Of a stretch of 64,000 nt of DNA, positions 21,760 to 32,550 are shown piece after piece (the stretch's first letter is position 1; each line of letters starts with the position of its first letter). The stretch comes from an uncultured delta proteobacterium (GTDB lineage Bacteria > Desulfobacterota > Desulfobacteria > Desulfobacterales > JAFDCJ01), in NCBI GenBank assembly GCA_963769935.1, contig CAVYNY010000017.1:160036-224035 (forward strand), in the 5' to 3' direction. The position numbers and the translations under genes were made by a program. The notes below the pieces were generated by a model that was not told where the DNA came from, ran no database searches, and saw nothing but the letters and a program-made list of their open reading frames with translations.

Positions 21760-23670
21760 TCAATCGCCGTGCTTGGCCTTGGCAAATCCGATGCCGGTCA
21801 AGGCTTCTTCCATCTCATCCAATATGGCCGGGTCGTCTATGGTCGCCGGGGTCTTATAGGGTTTATTGTCCGCTATTTTCTGAATCGTTCCCCGCAGGAT
21901 TTTCCCGGACCGGGTTTTAGGCAGCCGCTTAACCACGGTGGCGGTTTTAAAGGAGGCCACCGGCCCGATGCGGTCTCTGACCATCTGAATGGTTTCCTTG
22001 ACGATGTCGGCCGGATCCCGGGTAACCCCTGCATTGAGTACCAGAAAACCGATCGGCACCTGGCCTTTTAGTTTGTCATCGACACCCAGCACGGCACATT
22101 CAGCCACATCCGGGTGATCGGCCAGGATCTCTTCCATGGCTCCGGTGGAAAGCCGATGACCGGCAACGTTGATAATATCGTCGGTGCGGCTCATCACAAA
22201 AACATACCCGTCTTCATCGATGAAACCGGCATCGGCGGTTTTGTAGTAGCCTGGAAACTCTTCCAGATAAGCCTTGACATATCCCTGATCGTTGTTCCAC
22301 AGGGTCGGCAGGGTTCCCGGAGGCAGCGGCAGTTTGACCACCAGCGCACCGATGTTGCCGGGTTTCACCGGTTTGCAGTCCGGATCCACGACTTGCAGGT
22401 TCCATCCCGGTGCGGGTTTGGTCGGGGAACCTTCTTTAATCGGATACTGATGCAGTCCGAGACAATTGCCGGCGATGGCCCAGCCGGTTTCGGTCTGCCA
22501 CCAATGGTCGATGACGGGAATTCCCAGGCTGTTCTCGGCCCATTTCAACGTGTCCGGATCCAGACGCTCGCCGGCCAAAAACAGCGCTTTAAAATTTGAC
22601 AAATCATAGTTCTTCATCAGTTCGGCCCGGGGGTCTTCCCGTTTAATGGCCCGGAAGGCGGTCGGCGCTGTGAACATCACCTTGACCTTGTGCTCCGATA
22701 TAACCCGCCAGAAAACACCGGCATCCGGCGTACCCACCGGCTTGCCTTCAAAAAGAATGGTCGTGCAGCCTTTAAAAAGCGGGCCGTAGACGATGTACGA
22801 ATGGCCCACCACCCAGCCCACATCCGAGGCCGCCCAATAGACATCGCCGGCTGCGACGTTGTATATCGCGCCCATGCTCCATTTTAAGGCCACCAGGTGC
22901 CCCCCGTTATCCCGCACCACGCCCTTGGGAATACCGGTGGTGCCGGAGGTGTAAAGAATGTAAAGGGGATCGGTAGCCGCCACCGGTACGCAATCATGGG
23001 GGCGGGCGTCCTGCATGACCTTGTCCCAGTCCAGGTCGCGGCCGTCGATCATGGCGGCAGCCGCCATCGGCCGCTGCCGGATGATGCAGGAATCCGGCTT
23101 GAAACTTGCCATTTCGATGGCTTTGTCCAGCAGCGGCTTGTAAGGAATCACCCGCGCCACCTCGATGCCGCAGGAGGCGGAAACAATCACCTTGGGCTTG
23201 GCGTCGTTGATGCGAACGGCCAGTTCATTGGCGGCAAAACCGCCGAAAACCACGGAGTGAACCGCTCCGAGACGGGCGCAGGCCAGCATGGCAACCAGGG
23301 CTTCGGGGATCATCGGCATATAAATCAGCACCCGATCGCCTTTGGCAACCCCGCGGGCGGCCAGTGCGCCGGCAAACCGGGCGACCTCGTCCCGCAGCTG
23401 ACTATAGGTGATTTTCTTAATGGTCTGGGTTACCGGACTGTCGTAGATGACGGCATACTGGTCGCCCCGCCCGTTTTCAATGTGGTAGTCCAGCGCATTG
23501 TAACAGGTGTTGACTTCTCCCCCGCTAAACCAGCGATAAAAGGGTTTCCGGCTGTCATCGAGCACCTTGTCCCATTTTTTATACCAGTGACAATCCTCTG
23601 CGGCCTTCGCCCAGAAAGTGTCGGGATCTTCAATAGATTGCCGGTACGCTATCTCATAAGGATTGGTCAT
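21760..23670 (-). CDS. prpE: Propionyl-CoA synthetase
   Basis: YILYTSGTTGIPKGVVRDNGGH, DHWWQTE, LPKTRSGKILR; GGAGG before ATG at 23670. Confidence 0.88.
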   Translation of the reverse strand: MTNPYEIAYRQSIEDPDTFWAKAAEDCHWYKKWDKVLDDSRKPFYRWFSGGEVNTCYNALDYHIENGRGDQYAVIYDSPVTQTIKKITYSQLRDEVARFAGALAARGVAKGDRVLIYMPMIPEALVAMLACARLGAVHSVVFGGFAANELAVRINDAKPKVIVSASCGIEVARVIPYKPLLDKAIEMASFKPDSCIIRQRPMAAAAMIDGRDLDWDKVMQDARPHDCVPVAATDPLYILYTSGTTGIPKGVVRDNGGHLVALKWSMGAIYNVAAGDVYWAASDVGWVVGHSYIVYGPLFKGCTTILFEGKPVGTPDAGVFWRVISEHKVKVMFTAPTAFRAIKREDPRAELMKNYDLSNFKALFLAGERLDPDTLKWAENSLGIPVIDHWWQTETGWAIAGNCLGLHQYPIKEGSPTKPAPGWNLQVVDPDCKPVKPGNIGALVVKLPLPPGTLPTLWNNDQGYVKAYLEEFPGYYKTADAGFIDEDGYVFVMSRTDDIINVAGHRLSTGAMEEILADHPDVAECAVLGVDDKLKGQVPIGFLVLNAGVTRDPADIVKETIQMVRDRIGPVASFKTATVVKRLPKTRSGKILRGTIQKIADNKPYKTPATIDDPAILDEMEEALTGIGFAKAKHGD

Positions 23671-23686
23671 GTCTGTCCTCCTTTTT

Positions 23687-23772
23687 TTGATTGGCAATTA
23701 ACGATTGACGAATGTCGATTGATTGTTGGTATCCTTCAATTCGGCAATCGACATTCGACATCCGTCAATCAA
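23687..23772. repeat. Inverted degenerate heptamer array
   Basis: ATTGGCA-ATTAACG-ATTGACG-AATGTCG mirrored by CGGCAAT-CGACATT-CGACATC-CGTCAAT. Confidence 0.7.
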
Positions 23773-24172
23773 TGTTCTATTTTCCTGAGCGGATTAATTG
23801 GCCGCTTTGATTTTTCACCTTCTGCAGCGGGATGGGTTTGGAGTTCTTGTTGGCAATGGCCAACATCGAAAATGCCGGCGAGGCTTGAAGGCCCATCAGG
23901 AAGATCATGCGGGTTAAAACCTAAAAACCGGTATCGGCGCCGCCGACGCTCCGGCCGATGACCCGCACAAACACCCGAACGCTGAGCTGCCGCCCGGAGC
24001 AATGAAATAATTTGAGGAAAGCTGCGCCTTATCAACCCGAAAGGAGATTCAGAATTCAGGTTCAAACCCCGTCCCGGTTGAATAAGTTTTTCGATTCAGG
24101 CGCAGCTTTCAGTGGTTGATTCCAGAAGCCCGGCAGCATGTCTTCCGCGGTGCGACACCCGCTTGAATTCGA

Positions 24173-26209
24173 TTAACCCGCTTCGGCCATTTTTTTGATT
24201 TCCTCGACGATGTCGGGGTTGGCCAGGGTGGTTACATCGCCCACATCCTTTTTGTTGGAAATGGCGCCCAGCACCCGCCGCATGATCTTGCCCGAACGAG
24301 TCTTGGGCATATCCCTTACAATCCAGACTTTACGCGGCTTGGCGATTTTGCCGATCTCTGTGCTAATGGCGTCAGAAATTTTTTGTTCCAACTCTTTTGA
24401 CGGCTCAAAGCCGGGTTTGAGCGACACAAAAAGATCCGGTTCGCGTCCCTTGATTTCATGGGCCACCGGAACTACGGCCGCCTCGGCCACTTCCGGCACA
24501 GTCAATGCGGCAGATTCGATCTCTTTGGTGCCCAGGCGGTGACCGGAAACGTTGATCACGTCGTCAATGCGGCCCAGGATGCGGTAATAGCCGTCTTCGG
24601 CTTCCACGGCGGCATCGCCGGTCAAATACGGCCAATCCCGCCAGTCTTTGCTCTTGGGATTTTTGCAGTAGCGGGCATAATAGGTTTGCACAAAGCGGTC
24701 GCGATCGCCCCAGATGGTCTGAAATCCGCCGGGCCAGGGGTTCTGGATGCAGATATTGCCGGCTTTTCCGGCGCCCTTTTTAATGGCCTCCCCCTCGTCA
24801 TCGTAGATGATGGGGTGGATGCCCGGTACGCCCCGGCCGGCACTGCCCGGTTTCATGGGTTCCAGCGCCGGCAGCGTGCTGCACAGGAAACCGCCTGTTT
24901 CCGTCTGCCACCAGGTGTCCACAATGGCCGCCTGACCTTTGCCGACCACATGGTAGTACCATTTCCAGACTTCCGGTTCGATGGGTTCGCCGACCGTGGT
25001 CATGTGTTTGAATTTATAATTGTACTTGGCCGGCTCGTCCGGACCGATCTTGCGCAAGGCACGGATCGTAGTGGGGGCGGTGTGGAATATATTCACATCC
25101 AGTTCCTGGGCGATCCGCCAGGGTCGCCCCGGATCCGGGTAGTTGGGAACGCCTTCGTAAATGACCGATGAGGCGCACAGCGCCAGGGGTCCATAAACGA
25201 TGTAGGAGTGCCCCGTGATCCAGCCGATATCCGCCATGCACCAGTAAACGTCTTCCGGATGGATGTCCTGAACGTATTTGGAGGTACCGGCCGCATAGGC
25301 CAGATACCCGCCGGTGCTGTGCTGGCAACCTTTGGGCTTTCCCGTCGTCCCGCTGGTGTACATCAGAAACAGCGGGGCTTCGGCCGGCATGGGCACAGGG
25401 TCAACCCGCCGGCCGTAATATTCCTTCAGCACATCGTTGATAAAATAATCACGGCCCGCAACCATGGGCGTGGGGCTCGATGCTTTGCCCGGATAGCGCT
25501 GCCAGACGAGCACCTTGTCGACTTTTTGGCCGTCTTTTTCGGCCAGCGCGACGGCGATGTCGGCGTTTTCCTTGTGATTCAACAGATTGCCGGCACGATA
25601 ATAAGAATCCATGATGATGAGCACCCGGCTCTGGGAGTCGACAATCCGGTCGGCACTGGCCCTTCCGCTGAAACCGCCGAACACTTCGGAATGAATCACG
25701 CCCAGGCGGGCACAGGCCAGCATGGTAATTGGAAGTTCGGCCGACATGGGCATATGCAGGGTCACCCGATCGCCGGCTTTTAACCCGGCAAAATCCCGCA
25801 GCAATGCGGCTAACTCGTTCACCCGCACGTAGAGTTCTTGATAAGTGATGTGTTCGATTTTTTCTTCTTCAAGTTCGGGGACAAAATGAATCGCGGTCTT
25901 GTTCTTGTTTTTGACCAGATGGCGATCGATGCAATTGTAGCTGGCGTTGATTTTACCGCCGACAAACCACTTCCAGCAGGGTGCATCGCTGGTGTCCAGC
26001 ATCGTATGCCAGTACTCGTCCCAGTCGAGCAGATCGGCATATTCCTTGAAACAATTAGGGAAGTTGTCTAAGCTGAACCGTTCATAGACGCCGGCATCGG
26101 TCATATTGGCCTGGGCAATAAATTCTGTGGAAGGATAATACATTTTTTCCTCCCCCCAATGAACTGCAATTTCGGCTTCGGAAGTTTCGACAATTTCCTT
26201 TTCAGCCAT
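24173..26209 (-). CDS. acs: Acetyl-CoA synthetase (AMP-forming)
   Basis: YTSGTTGKPKG, DIGWITGHSY, VGEPI, DTWWQTETGG, PKTRSGKIMRR. Confidence 0.95.
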   Translation of the reverse strand: MAEKEIVETSEAEIAVHWGEEKMYYPSTEFIAQANMTDAGVYERFSLDNFPNCFKEYADLLDWDEYWHTMLDTSDAPCWKWFVGGKINASYNCIDRHLVKNKNKTAIHFVPELEEEKIEHITYQELYVRVNELAALLRDFAGLKAGDRVTLHMPMSAELPITMLACARLGVIHSEVFGGFSGRASADRIVDSQSRVLIIMDSYYRAGNLLNHKENADIAVALAEKDGQKVDKVLVWQRYPGKASSPTPMVAGRDYFINDVLKEYYGRRVDPVPMPAEAPLFLMYTSGTTGKPKGCQHSTGGYLAYAAGTSKYVQDIHPEDVYWCMADIGWITGHSYIVYGPLALCASSVIYEGVPNYPDPGRPWRIAQELDVNIFHTAPTTIRALRKIGPDEPAKYNYKFKHMTTVGEPIEPEVWKWYYHVVGKGQAAIVDTWWQTETGGFLCSTLPALEPMKPGSAGRGVPGIHPIIYDDEGEAIKKGAGKAGNICIQNPWPGGFQTIWGDRDRFVQTYYARYCKNPKSKDWRDWPYLTGDAAVEAEDGYYRILGRIDDVINVSGHRLGTKEIESAALTVPEVAEAAVVPVAHEIKGREPDLFVSLKPGFEPSKELEQKISDAISTEIGKIAKPRKVWIVRDMPKTRSGKIMRRVLGAISNKKDVGDVTTLANPDIVEEIKKMAEAG

Positions 26210-26593
26210 AATAGCCTCCTCTCTTTTCGCGGTTAAATATCAGGTTGGCTCATCTTCGCAAAAAACAATAAGATTTCAGACGGTTATATAATTAATTGAA
26301 TGGTATTCAATATTTCTTATCAATTTTATTAAATTATATTTATTCTATCCTTAGAATTACTTCAATTGTTTTCGGTGTTCTATGATTATTGTTTATAATT
26401 TGTCAATATGATTTTTGTTCAGATGGTATTTTTTCCAAAAATATGAGAAGAAAACACGGCAGGAATGTAAAAAAATACGCAGCATAAAATAATTAATCCG
26501 CCGGTGTTTGGTTAAACGACATTGTTCAAGTCTCAAAAATAAATTTACAGCCCCGAACGTACAAATTTTCAGGCGGGATAATTAGCGCATTAA

Positions 26594-27982
26594 TTATCTG
26601 TAATCATCGGCATTAATCCGGTAGCGGCGCATAATCTGCTGCAGGGCCTGTCGTTCCAGCCCGCAGTGACGGGCGGCCTGGGAAACATTGCCGTCGTATT
26701 CTTTAAGCAGTTGGCCGATGAAGCTGTGATTGAATTGCTTTAAGGTTTTTTCTTTGGCCGTTTTGTAAGGCAAATCGTTGTCGGGGGACTCCACCCGCGG
26801 GATTGGTTTCGGGCTGCCGTCCAGGTTTACATCCCGGGGTTTGATTTCCTCGCCGGATGAAAACAGGATACCCTGCATGATGACGTTTTCCATCTCCCGC
26901 ACGTTGCCCTCCCAGGTCTTCTGCAAAAATATATCCATCAGTTCAGGCGAAATCTTCTTGGAAGGTTTATCGAGCAAAAGACAGTGCTTTTCCAGCAGGT
27001 GGTTGGCAATCAGCGGGATGTCTTCCGGATGTTCCCGCAAGGCGGGAAGTTTGATGGGCAAAACATTCAGTCGATAATAGACGTCTTCCCTGAATTCGCC
27101 GATTCTTATCTTTTCTGCGAGATTCTGGTTGGTCGAGGCGATAATCCGCACATCCACCGTAATCGATTTGGTATCCCCCAGCGGTTTGATTTCTTTTTCC
27201 TGCAAAACCCGCAGGAGTTTGGTTTGAATGGCCAGGGTGATGTCGCCGATTTCATCCAGAAAGATGGATCCTTTATGGGCTTCCTGAAACAATCCGATCT
27301 TGTCCTGGACGGCATGGGTGAAGGCGCCCTTTTTATAGCCGAACAATTCGCTTTCCAATATATTTTCCGGCAGGGTGGGACAGTTGACGGCTACAAAAGC
27401 ATTTTGACTGCGGGGACTCAGAGCATGCACCGCCCGGGCCACCAGTTCTTTGCCGGTGCCGGATTCACCGGTGATCAGTATGGTTAAATCCGTTTTGGCC
27501 ACCATCTGAATGGTTTCATACAGGCGGTTCATAATTTGACTGTTGCCGACCAGTTTGTGGAAAACCTGCCGGTCCTGGCACTCCATCTGCAGTCTGAAAT
27601 TTTCCTGTATCAGGCGGCTGCGTTCCAGGGCTTTCTCCAGTCGCACGAGGATGGTCTCATGATCAAACGGTTTGGAGATAAAATCGTAGGCACCGTTGCG
27701 CATGGCTTCCACCGCAGTCTCCACACCGCCGAAGGCCGTCATCATGACAACAGTCATATGTGGGCGATCGCGCCTGATCAGCTCCAACAGTTCCAGGCCG
27801 TTCATTTCCGGCATTTTGATGTCGGCCAGCACCAGGTCGAACGACTGTTGTGAAATTAACTGAAGGGCTTCTTTGCCGGACCGGGCGGTGGCGATGCGAC
27901 ATTTTAAATCGGGCTCCAGGCTGCGTTTGAGCAATTGGAGCATGTCGAGTTCATCATCGATGATAAGAATTGATTTTTGCAT
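26594..27982 (-). CDS. Sigma54-dependent response regulator (NtrC family)
   Basis: Receiver domain, GESGTGKE, ESELFG, GAFTHA (GAFTGA variant), Fis-type HTH. Confidence 0.93.
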   Translation of the reverse strand: MQKSILIIDDELDMLQLLKRSLEPDLKCRIATARSGKEALQLISQQSFDLVLADIKMPEMNGLELLELIRRDRPHMTVVMMTAFGGVETAVEAMRNGAYDFISKPFDHETILVRLEKALERSRLIQENFRLQMECQDRQVFHKLVGNSQIMNRLYETIQMVAKTDLTILITGESGTGKELVARAVHALSPRSQNAFVAVNCPTLPENILESELFGYKKGAFTHAVQDKIGLFQEAHKGSIFLDEIGDITLAIQTKLLRVLQEKEIKPLGDTKSITVDVRIIASTNQNLAEKIRIGEFREDVYYRLNVLPIKLPALREHPEDIPLIANHLLEKHCLLLDKPSKKISPELMDIFLQKTWEGNVREMENVIMQGILFSSGEEIKPRDVNLDGSPKPIPRVESPDNDLPYKTAKEKTLKQFNHSFIGQLLKEYDGNVSQAARHCGLERQALQQIMRRYRINADDYR

Positions 27983-29495
27983 GTCTGATCCTTGCGTTCG
28001 GTAAACCAAGCGGCAGCACGATGGTAAATGTCGACCCCTGTCCGACGACACTGTCGACCAGAATATCGCCGCCGTGATTTTTAATGATGCCGTAACTGAC
28101 GGAAAGGCCCAGGCCCGTGCCTTCACCGGTGGGCTTGGTGGTAAAGAAGGGATCAAATATACGCGCCAGATTCTTTTTTTCGATGCCGTGGCCGGTATCG
28201 GCTATCTTCACAACCACCTGGCCTTCAGACGGCTTCAGGCCGGTGGCAATGCGCAAGGTGCCCTTTCGGCCGATGGCATGCTTGGCATTCATGATCAGAT
28301 TCATCAGCACCTGCTTAATCTTCTTCTCATCCAGCAGCATTGCCGGAACCGAGGCATCGTAATTCTTTTGGACCTCGATGTCTTCCAGACCGGCATGCTG
28401 TTGAATAAAATCCAGCACATCATCGATGGCTGCATCCACCCGAATGACATCTTCATTCGGTTTGGAACTGCGGGCAAAATTCAACAAATCCTCGACAATG
28501 GATTTACAGCTGCGCACATGTTTTTCGATGGTTTTGAGATCATTGTATTTTTCAGTCGCGGGCGGCTCATTGCGGATCAGCAGCTGGGTGTAGCCCAGGA
28601 TAATTCCCAACGGATTGTTGATTTCATGGGCAATGCCGGCTGAAAGCTGTCCGATGGAGGCCAGCTTGTCGGCCTGGGCGATCTGCTCCTCGACCAGGCG
28701 TCGCTGTTCGATGTCCTTGATCAGAAAGTGAATCGTCGGCTCGCGGGCCGGCAGGCCGTCGTCAAGACTGCCGCTGACCAGCACCCGGATCTGTTTATCT
28801 TCCCGGTGCTTCAGGCTGAATTCCGCATTCGAAACAAAGCCGAAGCGCTCGACTATTTTTTGGATTTCCTGCCAATCCGTTGGATTGGTAAAGAAGTCCG
28901 CCAGCGATTTTTGGTAGAAAGAAACATCGGTATCCCGGTAGCCGAATATTTTATAGCCGGCCGGGTTCATGTTGATGATCCTGCCGTCCCAGCGGGTCAC
29001 CAGGATCATATCGCGCGACACTTCAAAAATTCGGCGATATTTGTGCTCGGACTGGGCCAGTTCCCGGGTGCGTTCGGCAATCAGATTTTCCAGATTCTGG
29101 TTGACAAACAGCAGTTCATCACGGACGGTCTGAAGCTCCTGCTTATCTTTGGATATCTGCTGGTAAATCTTCCAGATCCGCTCGAAAAAAAGGGTGACCG
29201 ACGCCACAAATACAAACATCAATGTATTGATCGCACCGCTGTATGGGCGAATGGTTAACCAGACCGGTTCGTGGCCGGATAGCACCAGCATTTGCTTTAA
29301 AATGTGGCCGGCGGACCGCGAAACCGCAAAGCCCGTCAGACCCAGAATGACCCAGAACAAATAGGTCCAAATGACGTTGCTCTGATCCCGGGTTCTAAGC
29401 GCCCGCACGAGGTTCAGACACAGAAAAGAAAATACGATCATCAGGATCGAGCCGATAATATCTATGACCCAGATGGGCAGCGATGTGACGATCAT
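27954..29495 (-). CDS. Membrane PAS sensor histidine kinase
   Basis: TM helices, PAS, AHEINNPL, FDPFFTTK, GTGLGL. Confidence 0.92.
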   Translation of the reverse strand: MIVTSLPIWVIDIIGSILMIVFSFLCLNLVRALRTRDQSNVIWTYLFWVILGLTGFAVSRSAGHILKQMLVLSGHEPVWLTIRPYSGAINTLMFVFVASVTLFFERIWKIYQQISKDKQELQTVRDELLFVNQNLENLIAERTRELAQSEHKYRRIFEVSRDMILVTRWDGRIINMNPAGYKIFGYRDTDVSFYQKSLADFFTNPTDWQEIQKIVERFGFVSNAEFSLKHREDKQIRVLVSGSLDDGLPAREPTIHFLIKDIEQRRLVEEQIAQADKLASIGQLSAGIAHEINNPLGIILGYTQLLIRNEPPATEKYNDLKTIEKHVRSCKSIVEDLLNFARSSKPNEDVIRVDAAIDDVLDFIQQHAGLEDIEVQKNYDASVPAMLLDEKKIKQVLMNLIMNAKHAIGRKGTLRIATGLKPSEGQVVVKIADTGHGIEKKNLARIFDPFFTTKPTGEGTGLGLSVSYGIIKNHGGDILVDSVVGQGSTFTIVLPLGLPNARIRHAKINSYHR

Positions 29496-29986
29496 GGCTG
29501 AATCACCCCCCGGGTCTTCGTGGCGGTTTCCTTCAGCAGCCGTTTCAGCCCGAAGTAAAGAAAGAGAAGCGCCGGTACGCAGAGCAGGTGATCCAGTTTG
29601 GCGGCATAGTAAAACCAGGTGAGGGCGCCTGAATGATCGGCGGCGGTTATGCTGATTTCCCACGAATTAATGCGCTGGACTTCGATGACCGGGATTTGTT
29701 CTTCCAGCAGGTGCACGCTGAAGGCGTCCAGGTTCCACAGGATAAAAAACAACGCCGCGTACTGGATATATCGCCATCCGACCGCCTGCACCAGCTTTCT
29801 TTCCCGCAGCCAGTAAATTAAGACGCCCATGGAGATGATGAAAAAAATATGAGCCAGCTGATGGGCATACAGACCTTCAGGGGCGTTATGGGCCTGCGTG
29901 GCAAACGCCGGCTCGGTGATCAGAACCATGGCGCCGATCAACCATATTTTTTGAAGGTGCCGTTGCAATTGCAATACTCTACCCAA
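29492..29986 (-). CDS. Hypothetical membrane protein (start uncertain)
   Basis: Hydrophobic His-containing ORF whose stop overlaps the kinase start. Confidence 0.7.
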   Translation of the reverse strand: MGRVLQLQRHLQKIWLIGAMVLITEPAFATQAHNAPEGLYAHQLAHIFFIISMGVLIYWLRERKLVQAVGWRYIQYAALFFILWNLDAFSVHLLEEQIPVIEVQRINSWEISITAADHSGALTWFYYAAKLDHLLCVPALLFLYFGLKRLLKETATKTRGVIQP

Positions 29987-30030
29987 ATTTCAGGGTTTTA
30001 AGCCGGACCGTTGCGCGATGGTTGGGAAGT

Positions 30031-30597
30031 TTATTCGGTGTCGCAGTCGTTGAAGAGCTTCTGGATTCCTTTGAAATACGGTAAATAAGGGCGCATATAT
30101 TTAAAAAGAATTCGGCACAATATATATAGCGGAATAAATGTAAAGATATATCCGACCGACTTTCCGAAAATCAGCGACAATGGGAATGCCAGATCGAACT
30201 CCACCCCGGCAAATCGTGTCTGCATCCAACCCAGAGCAACAGGTATCGGCCAAAAAATTCCGGCGGAATAGGCAGCCATGGTAAAAAAGTGCTTCCCCCA
30301 GACGTCGGTTGCCTCTTTGTTTAAAGCCTTGTAGCCGTCCTTGTCCCCGGCGGCATAAGCCTCAAATGCAAGCCTTTCCTTTTTCTTCATCTCCCTGGAC
30401 ATGGCATCCAGGTAGCGCTTGTTGAATCGGATGGCTAAAGAGACACTCAGCTCGCCGACAACAACGCAGATGAAGGCCAGGACCATCGTTCCGATGAAAT
30501 AGTCCACGAGGCTGTCGCCCGTGATTCTGTAAAAGGCGATCAGGAAGCTGTCGACCTGGAGGTTCAGTGTGTTGAGAATGCTGGACATATCCATCAA
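30031..30597 (-). CDS. Hypothetical membrane protein
   Basis: 188 aa ORF with TM helices flanking a charged helix; co-oriented in the operon. Confidence 0.75.
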   Translation of the reverse strand: MMDMSSILNTLNLQVDSFLIAFYRITGDSLVDYFIGTMVLAFICVVVGELSVSLAIRFNKRYLDAMSREMKKKERLAFEAYAAGDKDGYKALNKEATDVWGKHFFTMAAYSAGIFWPIPVALGWMQTRFAGVEFDLAFPLSLIFGKSVGYIFTFIPLYILCRILFKYMRPYLPYFKGIQKLFNDCDTE

Positions 30598-30768
30598 GAT
30601 TAAACCTTAAATCGTCGAGGATGAAACTTTTTTATTCGCTCCCCCGCACCCCAGTGCGGCTGAAAGTATTTCGCCGCAGGAATTCCTCGAACTTGAGGCC
30701 GATTCGGGCGGTTCGGGGCCGGACTGGATTTTCCGGCCCCGAACTTCCCGGTTGAGTCCGAAGAGCGA

Positions 30769-31911
30769 CTATAGCATTTGAATGCCGAAAAAGCCTCGCA
30801 GGGTGTATCTTAAGCCGATGTACAGGGCCAGCACAATGAAAATCCCCGTCAAGACCTTGGCCGGAATGTACTTGCCGGTTCGCGGTCCGATCATGGAGCC
30901 GATGAAGATGCCGATCAATTCCATTCCGATCAGCGACCAATGCACCATGACGCCTTTCAAGACCATAAAATTGAAGATGGCAAAGATCATGCCGATCAAG
31001 ACGGAAAGCGCCGAAGTTCCCGCCACCACGAACATCGGCAGACCGACAACGCTGGTCAGAAAGGGAACGTATAAAAATCCCCCGCCGATACCCAGAAAAG
31101 AGGCAATGGCCGAGATGAAGAAACCGCCCACAAAGGCCCAGAGGGGGCTGAACGTGAATGTCTGACCGAAAAAAGAGATTTCGGTTTTGACCAGGCTCCA
31201 TTTCAGGGTTTTGACGCCCTGGTCTTCGATTTTGCCCTTTGACTTCGCCGTTTCTTCAAAAGCCTTGGCAGCGGCCTTGGCGGCTTGCTTGGAGGCCTGT
31301 CCCTTGGGCGTCATCTGGTAGACCATAAATCCGCCGATAACGAACACGCACAACCCGAACCATCCCTGGTATTGTGAAAATTTTATTTTACCGGCCGTCG
31401 TAAAGACCACCATCAAGGTGGCGAACAGGGCTCCCATCCCCAGGAAAACGCCGAGAGCCGGTACCAGCCTTTTTTGCCGGTGGTAATTGATGCTGGATAC
31501 CAGGGCCGACAGCCCGACGAGCCATTGGTTGGAAACCCGGATGCTGTCGGTAATAAACTTGTTCAACGCCGGTGCCGACGTCTTGAAGGATTTGGCATAG
31601 GTCCCGAGTCCGTAAATGGTCATGTGGCCGACGCCGGCCATGATGCCCCCGAAAGCCCCGACGGTGGAGAAGATCCATCCCACCCAAATGGCCCACAAAA
31701 GACCGATAATCGGGTTAAGCTTGGGGCCGCCCGGAATTCCCAGATACCCCTTTTCGGCATCGACATTAATCTGCCCTTTTTCGGTGCCCTTGGCTGATTG
31801 GGAAATGGCCTGCTCCAGCGTTGCTGCGCCCGCATTGCCGGGCAGCAGCAACGGTGCCGCCAAGGCGAAAAACAGCAGAACCGAACAAAAAACCAAAATA
31901 CTCTTCTTCAT
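30769..31911 (-). CDS. TauE/SafE family (sulfite exporter-like) transporter
   Basis: STVGAFGG and SFLGIGGGFLYVPFL repeats, VAGTS; RBS before ATG at 31911. Confidence 0.88.
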   Translation of the reverse strand: MKKSILVFCSVLLFFALAAPLLLPGNAGAATLEQAISQSAKGTEKGQINVDAEKGYLGIPGGPKLNPIIGLLWAIWVGWIFSTVGAFGGIMAGVGHMTIYGLGTYAKSFKTSAPALNKFITDSIRVSNQWLVGLSALVSSINYHRQKRLVPALGVFLGMGALFATLMVVFTTAGKIKFSQYQGWFGLCVFVIGGFMVYQMTPKGQASKQAAKAAAKAFEETAKSKGKIEDQGVKTLKWSLVKTEISFFGQTFTFSPLWAFVGGFFISAIASFLGIGGGFLYVPFLTSVVGLPMFVVAGTSALSVLIGMIFAIFNFMVLKGVMVHWSLIGMELIGIFIGSMIGPRTGKYIPAKVLTGIFIVLALYIGLRYTLRGFFGIQML

Positions 31912-32004
31912 ATCCTTCCTCCTTAGTAGTAGGATTAACATAATTGCCCGCATGGGCGTATGCATGCGCAAGCATTTTCGTTGCTGAAAAACATATCAGA
32001 GCTA

Positions 32005-32020
32005 AGCAATGAATATGCCA
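32005..32020 (-). promoter_or_regulatory. Sigma54 (-24/-12) promoter upstream of the TauE operon
   Basis: Minus strand TGGCATATTCATTGCT with correct GG-N10-GC spacing, about 94 nt before the start. Confidence 0.7.
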
Positions 32021-32550
32021 GCATTCGAGCAGCAGGTTTTTTAGGTTCCCGCCCCGTGAAGCTTTCCTGTATCTTATTGGAACCACTTCAAAATATACCT
32101 CAAATGGCAATTCGCCCCAAATTTAAATCTCCGCCGGTTGCCAAGGGTTGAGGAATTAATGTGCAATAAATATACTGCATCCCCGCCATTTAAAATCAGG
32201 ATACTGCTTGCCGGACCTGTTGGATTCACAGCCTAACAGGCATTTCTGCTTAGCTTCAACCGGCCGGGGCGCCTTGCCCGAATATATGCATAGAATAAAT
32301 TGCGGTGCAATAAAATTTTTGCTATTATTCCTTTCCCGGCAAAAGGCCGGCCGGTTTTTTTCGCTTAACTTATTTTACAATTTCAGCTATATCTACTTAA
32401 AATTAATACCAGATTGAGCTGCCGCCCTGTGGAGAGGAAACCGGTCAAATCCTAAATAATTTCTGGTATAATTATTGCTGTATTTATGGAGTTTTTGTAT
32501 AATTCTCGCCTTATAAAAATTTGAATGACTCTGGGAGGAAAAATACGATC

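Noticed and set aside
22897..23961. Long antisense ORFs here and elsewhere (e.g. 6524-7345, 9694-10491, 46579-47481)
   Set aside because: Shadows of well-supported genes on the opposite strand, with no recognisable motifs.
30711..30744. 13 bp hairpin after the TauE gene as a terminator
   Set aside because: No U-tract follows on the coding strand and downstream genes look co-operonic; at most a stability hairpin.
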